A DNA stretch of 63,807 nucleotides, filler included, from Pelomyxa schiedti (taxonomy: Eukaryota > Protista > Evosea), in assembly GCA_020536535.1 (NCBI GenBank). It is 10 parts of 10 records of this genome, joined end to end, with 100 filler letters (N's around TTAATTAATTAA, not from the genome) between each part and the next. Parts side by side here need not be neighbours in the genome. Positions count along the whole stretch, not along the records: positions 42,783 to 62,530 come from JAHLWZ010001101.1; 9 more parts are not named here. One strand, 5' to 3'. Each line of letters starts with the position of its first letter. Positions within the stretch are counted from its first letter, which is position 1. The notes beneath the pieces are model-generated. The model was given only the letters and a program-made list of their open reading frames with translations, was not told the DNA's origin and searched no databases. Both the position numbers and the translations under genes were made by a program. Shown in pieces: positions 43,677 to 55,419 of this stretch.

Positions 43677-46280
43677 ATGTTCAAAGTCAGCGTTCGTGTA
43701 GTTAGCAACGAAGGCAGCGGGGGCAGTGGCCTTGTCCGATATGTGGCTCTTCCACCTAGTATCAAGCAGCTCATGCACGCGGCTGGCAGGGCTACCAATG
43801 TCCGGAACCCCACTACTCTGTTCACCTCCGAGGGTTTATCCCCATGGACTTGGTTTTTTTTTTTTTTTTTTGACATTTGTCCTAAGGCCAGGTTCTTACC
43901 TCTTTGAGAAATTTGAATGACGGCGACCTTATCGTTGTAAGTGCCGGAGAGAACTTTTCCCTGCCGAGTTCTCTCCAACCCACACAAACTTCCTCTAGTT
44001 CCACGTCCGTTTCCACCCCTATGACCCCAACTTCTACACCTACTTCTACTGCTTCTGCTGCAACTACAAGTAGCAGCACTTCTACTATTGAAACTACGAA
44101 CCAAGTTCCTACCCCTGATGAAGCACATGCCGCGGAACTGAACTGTTCGACGGTATCACCAGCTTCCACAACGAAAAATGCAGGTCCAGCTATGTCTTCA
44201 TGGTTCGAAGAACAGCTTGGTTTCCTCAGCATCTCATCAACGAATACACCTTCCTCTTGCTCATCCCGGACCACAGCACCGGAGCCTCCATTAGATACAC
44301 AGATATTTTCCCTGTTTGATGACAGCCAGGTACAGGCAACTCGCAAGCCCTCTGCACCTGCTCCAACGACAATAAGCACCAGTACCTCTCAGCCACCTGT
44401 CAAACCGAGAGAACCTGAGCCCATTGTGAAATCCTCTCTGCCAATGTCAGAGAAATTTAGTGACGATGAAGTGACTCGATATCTCCAACGTCAAAAAGAG
44501 GAGTATTTAGCCTCTCAGAAATCCCCCCTCCCGGCTCACTCAACTCCCCCTCCTTCTTCGGCTGCGCTCTCGCCTCCTTCAACACTAACTGCTGTTCCTC
44601 CTCCAATGACTATCCACCCTCCTCCTTCAACTGCAACGTCCTCGACTACTTCATCCAGGTACGCTATCTACCTTTCCACAATGTAAACCTTAAGGAAAAA
44701 AGTGCCATGTCAGATGAAGACTATGCTCGTCTCCTCCAGCAGGAAGAGGAAGCTGCATTAGAGGTAGAAAGACAAGAAAGAGGCGACAGGGAAACAACCA
44801 CTATGACTGACGAAGAGTATGCCCGTCTCCTCGCACAGCAGGATACACATGAGGTCGACCTCAGAAAGACCCGAGAACGGGAAGAGGAGGAAGCAACGAA
44901 AGCCCTTTTACTGAACGATCCGTCGATAACAGAACCACTCTTCGAGTGCAACATATGCCTTGATGAAAAGAGGATATCAGAAATGTTTATCATCGATGGT
45001 TGCTATCGTATGTCCACTACTTTTCCTGTAGGCTTCTTAAGCACCCCGACCACCAGATCTGGGGGGTGCTTAACTCAATTTGTGGCAAGACAAATTTTGC
45101 AGGACTTGTGTAAATCAGCATATAAAAACCATGGTTACTTCTGGAGACATCAGCCGAGATAGGGTGGAGGTTGTAAAACCAAAACCTAATGTACTGGAAA
45201 TAAGGGAAACAACGGACTATGGTGTCAAATGTCCTGCACCCAATGTATTTCAATTTCAACTTACTGTAATTTTTCACTACCTTATTATAGTGTCGCCACT
45301 TCTTACAATATGGAGAACTGAAACAATGCACAGACCCTACTGTGATGCGCAAATTTGAACAATTTTCACTTGGCAAAGGACTAAGTCAGCTGAAAAACTT
45401 GGGTATTATTTTTTATTTTTTTTAAATCAAAGTGTTGATAACTTCGCACAGTATGGTGCCCCAGAGGGTGTGGATATGCTGCAGAACGCGTCGCAAAAAA
45501 CCCACGGTTCACGTGCACTAAGGCATGACTTGATTGACATTCAATCTTTTTTCGTTTTATCAGTAGCTTATTCTTTGGGATTTAATGCATTTTAGTGTCG
45601 ATATGCGCATTGTTTGGACTGTGAGGTTCCATGGACTCCCGGCCATGATTGTGAGGAATACAAGAGCCAAGTTGCATTTCAAGTGAGATTTCCCTTTTTA
45701 CAAAAGAAGCAGTATCCAAGAAAACTTAGCACATGGTTCAAAATTCTGCATATCTAAATTCAGCGCTCCTTAATAAGATGGTTGATGACTATCAGTTTGC
45801 CTATTGTCCTTCGTGTTCCACTGGAATAGGTGGGCATCCCAAACCATCTTATCTCGTCTCTCACCTCACTCACTTTTATTCCCAGAGAAAACCGAGGGCT
45901 GTGATCACATGGTGTGTACGTGCGGCTCAACATTCAGTTGGATTTCCGCGGTACGCGCCACAAAAGCCAAGCTTCAGCAGATTCTCCTCGCCAGCCCCCA
46001 CGGCTTCCAGATGCCCCGCCGAACAGTAGTGAGATCATCACACGGTAAAACCGCTCCATGGGGCGAAGTTTCAATGTGCCCGTTCTGCAGAGTTCTTATT
46101 GAGAAAAATGGAGGCTGTGACCACATGATTTGCTCAAGCTGCAGAAAAAGCTTCAGCTGGGCAGACAGCTTCAGGAAGACCCCAAATTTCGCCACAATGG
46201 AGAAAATGCTAATCAAGAACGGAATACTTCCTTCAAGAATAGACCGCAACAAACCCAACAGACGAAAAAAAAAACACTAG
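43677..46280 (+). CDS. RBR (RING-IBR-Rcat) E3 ubiquitin ligase with N-terminal DCX/KHA-like domain, ubiquitin-binding-like helices and two Rcat modules
   Basis: [21 protein letters not shown]; [10 protein letters not shown] and [10 protein letters not shown]; CNICLD..GCYHKFCRTC..KCPAPNC; WCPRGC..CTKC..CLDC; [15 protein letters not shown]; [15 protein letters not shown]. Confidence 0.85.
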
Positions 46281-46358
46281 TGAAGTGTTCTGTTTGTGTC
46301 CAACGAAAAAACATTTTCGCCTTTGGAATTTATTTGGGTTCATCAAAGCACAAATTAG

Positions 46359-47412
46359 ATGAGCCAAAGGGGGTGGGACTGGTCACAAGTGACTCCTGAA
46401 GAGGCACTGGTGTGGACAATTCCTGATGGTTAGGAAATAAATCTCTTAGCTCAACCAAAACTATAATGACCTGGTGTTTGTATTTTCCTCAATAGGGGGC
46501 GTTGTGACTGCTTTTCAATACCTCAAAGTTGCTCTGGGTCTCGGTACTAATTTCGTTTGTTTTGTGTTTTGAAGGTAATTCTTTGGGATTAGGGACTACA
46601 GCTAATTCAGAGACTTACAGTAGACTGAGGGTTTTGGACCTTGGTTGTGGGTTGGGAAGGCATACCTGTCACTTTGCATTGCAAGGTATTAATATGTTTA
46701 TTGTTTAAATTGGAACCATATGTGTAAGTTTCATTCAAGTTGGAAAATCAATAGTGACTCTCAGAAAACAGGATGCCAGGTGTGGGCAATGGATATTATG
46801 GAGCAGGCCGTTTCAGCCACAACCAATTTATTACAAACTCGAACTGGAACAGTCAGTGCAACCGAGGCAGAGAATCTTAGACTTGCTACAGGCAGAGTAT
46901 CTTGTGGTAGAATGACAGAACTGCCTTACGGGGACGCATTCTTTGACCTAGTAATCTGCTTCAATGTGGTTTACCATGCAAGAAGGCTAGAGATTGAAAA
47001 GGTTGTTGAATGCTTACACTGCGATTACGTTCCTTACTCCTGTTTAATATAAGGCTCTCAGTGAAATACTTCGTGTAACCAAACCAGGTGATTTTGTTTT
47101 AATTAATTACTTATACACCGGAGTCCACTCTAATTTACAAACAACTCTCTAGGAGGCTTTGTATTCATAACATTCCTTTCTAAGCTTGACTGGAATAAGC
47201 CCTTTTCAGACCCAGTGATTGAACCCAACACTATAGTAAAACAAACAGGACCAGAGGCTGGTGTTCCTCATTTCTTCTCTACGAGGCAAGATATTGACCA
47301 ACTAATGACTGGATTCCGACTTGTTTATGTGGAATACAGAGAAGACCTTCTCACACTCCAAGGACAACCAGACCATGGGTCTCATTACCGTGTTTTGGCA
47401 AGGAAACCATGA
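46359..47412 (+). CDS. Class I SAM-dependent methyltransferase, multi-intron
   Basis: RVLDLGCGLGRH, AMDI, LPYGDAFFDLVICFNVVYH, EILRVTKPGG. Confidence 0.85.
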
Positions 47413-47506
47413 TAGTCTCCAAGCTGTCACAGTACACAAACAGGTCCAATCTTTGAGGGGAAAAAACAGCAATTCTTTGTTTCTTTTGGACCAAACACTG
47501 TTACAA

Positions 47507-48456
47507 TTACAGACCATCAGAACAACACCGGAACCCAATTTCATAAAACATGAAGTCATCTCCATGTGTTGTAACACTGGACTGACATGTTCTGGCCTCT
47601 GCCCAGTACCTTCCTTTGAGATTCCCATGAAAGTCAGTGGTCCCACCATCTCGCCTTATCGTCCATTCCTTTTGATTTTTTTTAGAATTTTTGAAATTAC
47701 CCAGCAAAAATAAATCTATCACGTACCTCCATGTTTCCAAATAGATCATACACTCCGAAATCCTTGTAAGTGCAGTCCGGTTTCGCGCCGGAAGGAGTAG
47801 CTTGGTAGAGCCAGTGTTCATGGTCACCAGAAGTGTCACACATCCAATCTCCAAGGCCATGTACACAGTCTTGAAGTGTGTCATATGTCTGTTCAGAAAT
47901 TAACAACAGGAAAAATTCAGGAACAAAACAAAAGGAAACGAGTTAAATTAAAGAATTTGTACCTGTTGAGTTGTTGAACTGCAACTTCTCGGCCACCAAT
48001 TGAGCTTGGTCTGGTTGTATGTGCGCCAAACCTTGTTGTCATTGCACATGCCAGGCACCCACACCGACCCATAAGGATACGGCATCCCATCCGGCCCTCC
48101 ACACACATAATTAAACTCATCATCATAACCTATTCCTATCATCACGAAAAGTTCCCAAAAAAAAAAAAAAAAGGAAATGGCCAGGCATAAACTGGGAAGA
48201 TGCCAAAGGAAAACATACAGAGCCTCTTGCCGGCCTCTTGGCACCAGTCCCTAGACATGTTGTATGTGTACATTACAAGTGGGAAGGCCCCCTCGATGTT
48301 CGGTGCCTCGTAGACGTCCATGCACCACTCCCTGGCCACACCACCAAGCGTGGCGCTGAATCCCATCATTCCGCTGCTGCACGTCGGCGTCCCACAAACC
48401 ATAACCCCGCATCCCATAATAACCACCGCCATCGCGCCTATGGCAACCCGCGCCAT
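47507..48456 (-). CDS. Secreted FGE-sulfatase (SUMF1-like, C-type lectin fold) domain protein
   Basis: Signal-like N-terminus; CMDVYE, WCQEAGKRLC|YDDEF, YPYG, FGVYDLFGNME|EW, KGRYW, IGFRCC. Confidence 0.8.
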
Positions 48457-48547
48457 TGGTGTTTTCTTTTTTTTTTTCTTCTTCCTTTTGGCCTTCGACG
48501 GAAAAACGAAAAAAACCCGTTGGAACCGACACTTTGAAGCCAAGTCG

Positions 48548-49810
48548 ATGTCCCAACCCCCAAAAAAGCGTCGTCCCCCTGTGACAGTATCACCAACAAC
48601 CAAGTTCTCAGCCACCGACCAGTTCCTTGCTCTGCTGATGTCATCCCATCATCGCTGTGGCGCCCGCAGCCCCGCTGCCCAAGTGTGCTCCCTCGGGTGC
48701 CTTATGCACCAAATGTGGTGCGACTGGGTCCTGGCCACGTCCACCACCGTTGTCCTCGTAATCGAGCCCGAGGGCTTCCTGACCGGCGACTCACCTGTCT
48801 CAGTCTCGTTCGCAGTGTCCCGCACCATGGGATTCTCCACTCGCGGAGAAGTCGTGGTGGACCTGGCGTCGGGCAGGCCGTGGGTCACTCCAAACGTGTC
48901 ACTCAGCACGCGGTACGGAATGTTTGGGTGCACCGCCTTGTGGATTAGCAGGAGGAGAATGGGCTGTGCACAAGGGAGCGATGAATTCGAGTCGCCGGTA
49001 CAAATGTGCAGGAGCCTGTTTGTGGCGGACGCAATTAACAGCAAGTGGTGCATAGTATCTTCCTGTGAGGTGCCTGGGGCTATCCCGGGGGCTAGTGCTA
49101 ACCTCAATGCCGTGTCCATGACAATAAGCTACATTAAGGACTATACTGCCTATATGGTGGGCGAAGATGGCATCACTTCTGTGAGTGTTATGATGCCACC
49201 GAATGATGGCGGGGAGACTATCACAACAAGGTTGTTCTTGAACAAGCTTGTTCCAGACGAGGCATTGATTTGTTCCTCTCGTGAAATGAGTACGGCTGTT
49301 ACATTCATTTTATTTGATGTACAAAAGACATTCCAAACCAAGAAGCTCTCTGTATTGGTATCAACAGTGACCAGAGCAACTACTGTTTTGTTTCACGTTG
49401 CACTGGTGATGAGGAAAAGTACCAGTCCTGCCGTTTTCGTTGTGCTGTCAGCATCTTATTTCACGGTGCTTCACGTTAACCCCTCAACTGGGAAAAGCAC
49501 AAAGATATCATCAACATGTTCTGACTTGTCACAGCTGAGCGAATCTGTGTTCTGCATTGGGAGGGCGGGTGAAATGTCCTATGAGTTATGGGATTGTTAC
49601 AACACTGACCGACCCCTGAGAAATGTGCGGAGCAGTGATCATTTCAACCAAGTGCTGTGCGGGGGTGGCTTCCTGTTCGCTGTGAGGAGAAGCGAGAAGA
49701 AGATTATTGTCTTCGAAGCATCATCCGGGCGTGTTGTAGTTACCCTTGACGTCTGGATTCTGGCGCCAAAAGGCTACAGTATCGCCCCATCTTGTTCGAT
49801 TTTAGAATAA
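48548..49810 (+). CDS. Expanded family member, intronless
   Basis: SATDQFLALLMSSHHRCGARSPA..FAVSRTMG..NSKWCI..FLNKLVPDEAL..FDVQKTF..QLSESVFC..ELWDCYNTDRPLR..GGFLF. Confidence 0.8.
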   Translation: MSQPPKKRRPPVTVSPTTKFSATDQFLALLMSSHHRCGARSPAAQVCSLGCLMHQMWCDWVLATSTTVVLVIEPEGFLTGDSPVSVSFAVSRTMGFSTRGEVVVDLASGRPWVTPNVSLSTRYGMFGCTALWISRRRMGCAQGSDEFESPVQMCRSLFVADAINSKWCIVSSCEVPGAIPGASANLNAVSMTISYIKDYTAYMVGEDGITSVSVMMPPNDGGETITTRLFLNKLVPDEALICSSREMSTAVTFILFDVQKTFQTKKLSVLVSTVTRATTVLFHVALVMRKSTSPAVFVVLSASYFTVLHVNPSTGKSTKISSTCSDLSQLSESVFCIGRAGEMSYELWDCYNTDRPLRNVRSSDHFNQVLCGGGFLFAVRRSEKKIIVFEASSGRVVVTLDVWILAPKGYSIAPSCSILE

Positions 49811-49889
49811 AGACAAGAAAAAAAAGCATTTTGGGAAGAACGTGCCCACGTTAAAATTTTTGGTTTAGACGAACAGTGAAGGAGCTTGT

Positions 49890-52258
49890 TTAAAGCTCCA
49901 TGTCGGAGTCAGAGGAAGAAGAGGAGTCGGGATCGGCGCCTTCAGTGGGTGACTCTGGTGGTGGGGTCGATGCGGAATGTTGTGCGGCATTTTCGGCTTG
50001 TTGCCGGAGTTGTTGTGCACGCCTCTCGGGGTCAACTTCTTCTTCTGCCCAGAGCTTCCAGGTGCGATCGTACGAGGCGGTGATAAGTTTCGTGGTATCT
50101 GTTCGTGAATTAGATTAACCACGGTGGAGTGTGGACCAGACCATGAGAAATGTCCAGAGAAATGATTTTGCTTTCGTGCCCAGTCAGACAAGATAATAGT
50201 GACCACTGCGATCTCTTTACGGACCACAGCTTGCAACTGTTGTCAAATGAGCCAGAGACCAGAAAATCTCCATTTTGTTTCTGTTTAGGGAAGGTGGAAA
50301 AGAAGAGAGAAAGTTTGTTTACTTGAAGGGAGAAAGAGGATGAAGGGGAGTGTCAGATATTTGGGTTGAGACGGGAAGGGATACCTCAAATTTTACACAT
50401 GATATAAGAGTGTTGTGTGCAGGAATTACTGCCACGGATTTGCGTTTCCGCAAATCCCATAAACGGACAGTATTATCGTCGCTACTTGTTGCAAATACAT
50501 ACCTTTTGGTGATGAGTATCGAGAAATCAGTAAGAGTGACAAAAAGGTACCCATTAGGAGACCAATCCAGTGCCAAAGCTTGCTTCACATGACCTTCCAA
50601 AACAGATATGCAAGCACCTGAACGTAAATCCCACACACGCACGTGGGCATCAACTCCACACGTGGCTACCAAGGAACCATCTACTTGAAAACCAATTCCA
50701 TAAACCTAACATATGTGAGATACAGAAGTTAAAGGGTGCATACAGGTCTGCTGTGTCCCTCTTGTTCTAAAACGCAACAACCAGTATCAAGATCCCACAG
50801 ACGCCATGTTGCATCATTACTATGTAAGCATTAGGAAATAGCTGGCTTCAAAAATTTCATGCCTTGTCGAGGCCAAAAGTTTGCCGCATGGATGGAAGGC
50901 CACTCTGTTTACTCTGTCTGCATGGCCATGTAATGTAGCAATTGAACTCGTGCTATACAGGTATCAGTGTTTATCTTCAAAAAGAGCACGCACCACACGG
51001 AGTACTGCAAACATTGGAACATGTATGACATACCTTTCCAAAGACCACAGTCTCACATCAGAATCAGCACCACACGTTGCAAGGTTCAATGAGGCTGGAT
51101 CTTGTGACAAGCAAGATTGTGGATGGAACGCTAGTCCTTGTATTCTTTCATTACTTCCTATTTCAACTGTCAAGTGCCTTACAAAAAAGGAAGTGCAAAA
51201 CCTTTCAAAGAAATCAAGGTCTCGCAAGTTTTTACAGACCACAACTTGGCCATTCCCGACCACGAGCAGGTTGCAACTATGCTGCTATCAGGACTAAAGG
51301 CACAACCTGATAATGGTCTCTCGTCACCAACCTGACTTGAGATATTTCCCCATTTCTGTGGATTTGTAAAAAGACATATTCACACATAGAGCTGGTAGGT
51401 ACTTTTACACGATCCCAAACGAGGGTCATGGCATGCTCCCACTGTGCCAGGGCGGGTTCATTGTCATGTAATCTCTGTGAGTCTAAAACCCGTTTTCGAG
51501 CACTACAGAACTTTAAGAAAGGCAAAAGCAATACAGGTGAAAATATACTATTGTAGAGAATGGTATGCTATCCACTGCCGGATTTTTTTAAGTGATTCCG
51601 TGCCTTCTGTATAGTAGAGTTCCCCTTCCTGTTGTTTATTAATTGATACATCTAAGCCTCATAAGAGCAACCTCTGAGCGGTCACTATCCCGTAGTTGTG
51701 CTTTGGCTATTGAGGGCATGCCTTGGTCAGATCCTAGACGGGCCAACACATCACGAAGGCGCTCTCGGCGGTCGCCTGGGTATTCTCCGAACAGCATGAT
51801 TGGTTCCTTAAGTTCTCGCAACCTCATCATCACGAGTTTGTCATTTGTTGGAATAGCAATCTAAGGAGCCAGGAAAAAAGAGGGGAAGAGAAGAAAAGAG
51901 ACACTTAAATGTGAGAATGGAAGGCAAAAGCCATACTTGTCGTGCTCTCCATTTTTGTTCCATCCTAGTAAGAATCTCCCTGTGCTTTTCCCTTGCTTGA
52001 AGAGTGTGCAATGAAAAGCCCACTTCATCTGCACTTCATTTTCAAAACAAAGGTGGAAAAAAAAAAGGAAAAAACCTTCCATCGTAGAGTCATCCTGTAG
52101 AGTTTTTTTTTTAAGTTTCGATGTTAGCCAGCAGAAATTCACGAAGGGAGGTTTACTTTCTTGTCGCGTGGTTCCACGTTGATCACGACAGGCGCGAGTG
52201 TGGGTGCCGGTACCAATTGCATCTTGCCACAGCACTAAGATCCGATTTATTTTCGTGT
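49890..52258 (-). CDS. PRPF4: U4/U6 snRNP protein Prp4 (SFM motif + WD40), start approximate
   Basis: [31 protein letters not shown]; [10 protein letters not shown]; [17 protein letters not shown]; RVWDLRSG; [17 protein letters not shown]; [11 protein letters not shown]. Confidence 0.9.
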
Positions 52259-52357
52259 TTTGTTGACACGGACAAAAAAAAAGAAATCGATTAAAGGAAG
52301 AAATTTCTGGTTCTATTTTCCCTTGTCTATCGCGCTATTTTTTTCCGGTTCCTGTGC

Positions 52358-55044
52358 TTAGGGGTTATCATCTGCCAGGCTTGTTTGTTTTTTGGTGGTT
52401 GTGATTGCAACAGGGTGTTTTGTTGCTCGGCAGGAATCTGGATTGCATCCCACGGTGCAATGAATTCCGCCTATCTGAAGGAGTTCCCAGGTAGCCCGGT
52501 TGGTTCTCACTGTATCATAAATTACAGCAGTGCTTGGGAACAGCTGGGACAGAAATAGGTATAGTGGGCCGGCACTCACGTCGATGAAGGTAACTGAGAG
52601 CTGATCCACGGTTACTTTTGACCGGTCCATGTAGCTTGCAACTGCCTGGCCTTGCTCCCTCTCCAAGTCACCCTTGGGGTGTAATGGTTAATTATGTGTG
52701 GCTGCTTTGCTGGTAATGCCTACATACCTGCAGAAAGAATTCCTCGGCTATGAGATGAGACCATCGGTGTGCAATTGGCCAAGGTCGGCCGGCGTTGCAC
52801 AAGTCACCACATTTTAGGAAAAGAGTCAGAACAGAGTCTCGTATGGCACAGTCAGTCTTGGCAAAAGGGAGAACTGGCTTGCCCAGTAATTGGGTGTGCC
52901 ACTTGGTTTTCAGTTAGGTCAATGAGTGTTGTCTTCAGAAAATACCATATTTAATAAGCTGTAGTGAACTGCCATATCAGTACCAAGGATTTGTGTTATA
53001 ATAATCTTTCTCGCGAGCTAATATTAACTTTAATTCAGTGGGTAAAAAAGAATTGTGAGTACGCGATATTGGTCTGGTGTGAGGCCTGCTAAGATGTTTA
53101 ACTCTTCATGGGACAGAATCTGAAATGTTAGGGATGCATGCATATTCTCTAGAACGGCATTGTCATTGTAGAGAAGTGCAAGATCGCTATTTGAATTTAT
53201 CTTAAACCTTATGAGTAAGGGGAAAACCTTCAGAAGAAAAGCTTACTTGGAAATTATTGTTTAGACCAGGGTGGCCAATCTAAGTCTTATGTTACTAACG
53301 AGAAATCCAGAAGAGTACACACATCATGACAGAGTGCTGATATAAAAAGCGCAAGTACTTCCAAGTGGTTCAGGTACTGAGCCAGCATCATCGTTGTCAA
53401 AAAGGAGTAAACGCATTGGAGTACGTCAAATGCATGACGGAAGTTGTGGTAACTGAAGCAATGCGGAAGAAGTTATGTGTGGATTTTCAATTTCTTAAAG
53501 GAATGAAATAAAATACCTGTTATGGTGGTATTGCCTCTGAACAGCCGAGATCCAGTTCCGAAGTTTGTCCAAGCTGATGTTAAACTTTTCCAGGAGTTGA
53601 AATGTAGAAAACATTTCAATTACGCAGGGAACAAGGTCTTGCTCACTATACTGGAATTGGTTAAATTCCCACTGAGAAAGTTGCTGACGATACAGAGCAC
53701 ACTCCGCGCTCTAAAGAGTGTCACAGATAATATCTGTGAAAAAGGAATTAACCTGAGATGATGCTGGGGGATCGAAGAAGATATTTCTTCCATCAAGTTC
53801 GCCAAGTAATACAGCTTTACTTAAGGTGTCTAGTCCACTCTAAGCATTCTCAGTCTCCCTTTGTTTACTTGTGTCCGGAAATAACCTCGAAAACAGCTTT
53901 CATAGAGGGTTGATACGGATTTGAATTTGATATTTCAGCTACGACTTGCTCTAACTCAAGTTTCAGCTCTTCACTGATTTCTCTCTGTGAGTGTCATTGT
54001 GGGAAAGGCAGAGTATGAAGGAAACATACCTTGATTAAATTGTCCAATTTGCGCAACACACCTTGCATGGGAGATTCCATCATGTTAACCATCTTCTTGT
54101 CGAAGACACTCCTTTGTGCCTTCCGTGAGTTGATCTCTTCATCCAGTCCGATATGCTTTTTCAGTGACAAAACCAACTCTATCTTTCTTTGCAAAATATC
54201 CCTTCCTTATTTTAGATTGACTGAGAGGGAAAACGGGAAAGGGAAGGATAAAAACCTATTGGCTTTTGAAGGTAGTCCGCAGCTACACCAACCAGGGCGT
54301 TTTCAGGAGCATTAGACAAGCCAGACATTACTGGGGTAAAAAAGGAGTAAACAAAAAGGTGCGGATTAAAGATTTTCTACTGATTATTGGGACTCTTTTC
54401 AGCAAGTCGCAGCTTCTCATGAGTTCTATAAGATGGTATCCATTGTCAACAGGTAAAACCAAATCCAGTAGCACGATATCAAAACTGCACTGTTGAAGCC
54501 ACTGCCACGCATCGTTTACAGACGAAACCATGACCACTAAAATTGGGGGTCATAATGATGAACCACAATGGTAAACTACAACAACAATGCAAAAACATAG
54601 GAGGAGAGTACCTTTGTAGTGGGGGAGACTGGACCTTATGATGGCCTGTGACACCAAGTCGTCCTCCACAACCAGCACATTTCCGCGAATGTCCGACGCC
54701 GCCGGGGACTCGTGCGTGAGCCCCCCCGGGGCGCACACGGGAGCCAAGTCCACGTGGACTTTCACAAACGCGGAGTGGCAGCAGCAGTGGTTGTGCAATC
54801 CTCCCACAATCCCGGCCCCGCTCGCCGCCGTCCCCAATTCCGCGCACGCGGGCGCCGGCGTTTCTGGCGACGGCGACGGCGAAGGTGATGGCTTGGTTGC
54901 TGCCAACGACGACGACGACAGTTCCACGTGAGGGGCATGGGACAGGGCAGGGGACGGCGAGCGAGACCGCGAAGACGACGACGAAGAAAGCAGGGGGCGG
55001 GGCGCCGTGGTGGCAACTCGGGGTACTGGAGACCCAGGAAACAT
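52358..55044 (-). CDS. Response-regulator receiver + class I cyclic-nucleotide phosphodiesterase (RegA-like)
   Basis: Receiver VLVVEDD..FDIVLLDLVLP..DYLQKP; PDE YHNFRHAFDV, CHD LGHPGLNN, LYNDNAVLENMH, GTDM, KCGDL, EEFFLQGD. Confidence 0.9.
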
Positions 55045-55419
55045 TATGGGTGGTGTTGAGTATCAGTTGGGTTTTTTGTCAGCAGCCCATGGTGCTCTGA
55101 GAGGCATTGGGCGGCCCAATGACTCAAGTGTTCATCAAATACGAAATTTCAAGGAATTCTTCCTTCGTGGAACGGGATCAAAAAAACAACCTGGGAGAAA
55201 AAAGCACGGAAAAAGGAGCATTGATTCTAGCCCCAAAAGCTGCCTTGCGAATTTCTTGTCCCCAAAGAAACATGCTTGAACTTTGGGTTCGAATTCACCT
55301 TTATAAAGGCCTTGTTTATTACCAGTCACAACAAACAAACAAATAAACAAACAACAACTCAGCCACACAACACAAACACACCATCCCACAAATTATTGGG
55401 ATAAGAGAACAAGTCTATT

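Noticed and set aside
47507-47620. Diversity-generating retroelement target (FGE/CLec fold ending in GFR)
   Set aside because: No template repeat or reverse transcriptase is visible in the window.
50281-50384. Possible nested or twin intron in PRP4 (internal AG/GT at ~50322)
   Set aside because: A single GT-AG intron already gives the correct frame (VKFE|[13 protein letters not shown]).
55285-55299. tRNA T-loop-like GGTTCGAATTC
   Set aside because: No cloverleaf or acceptor stem around it.
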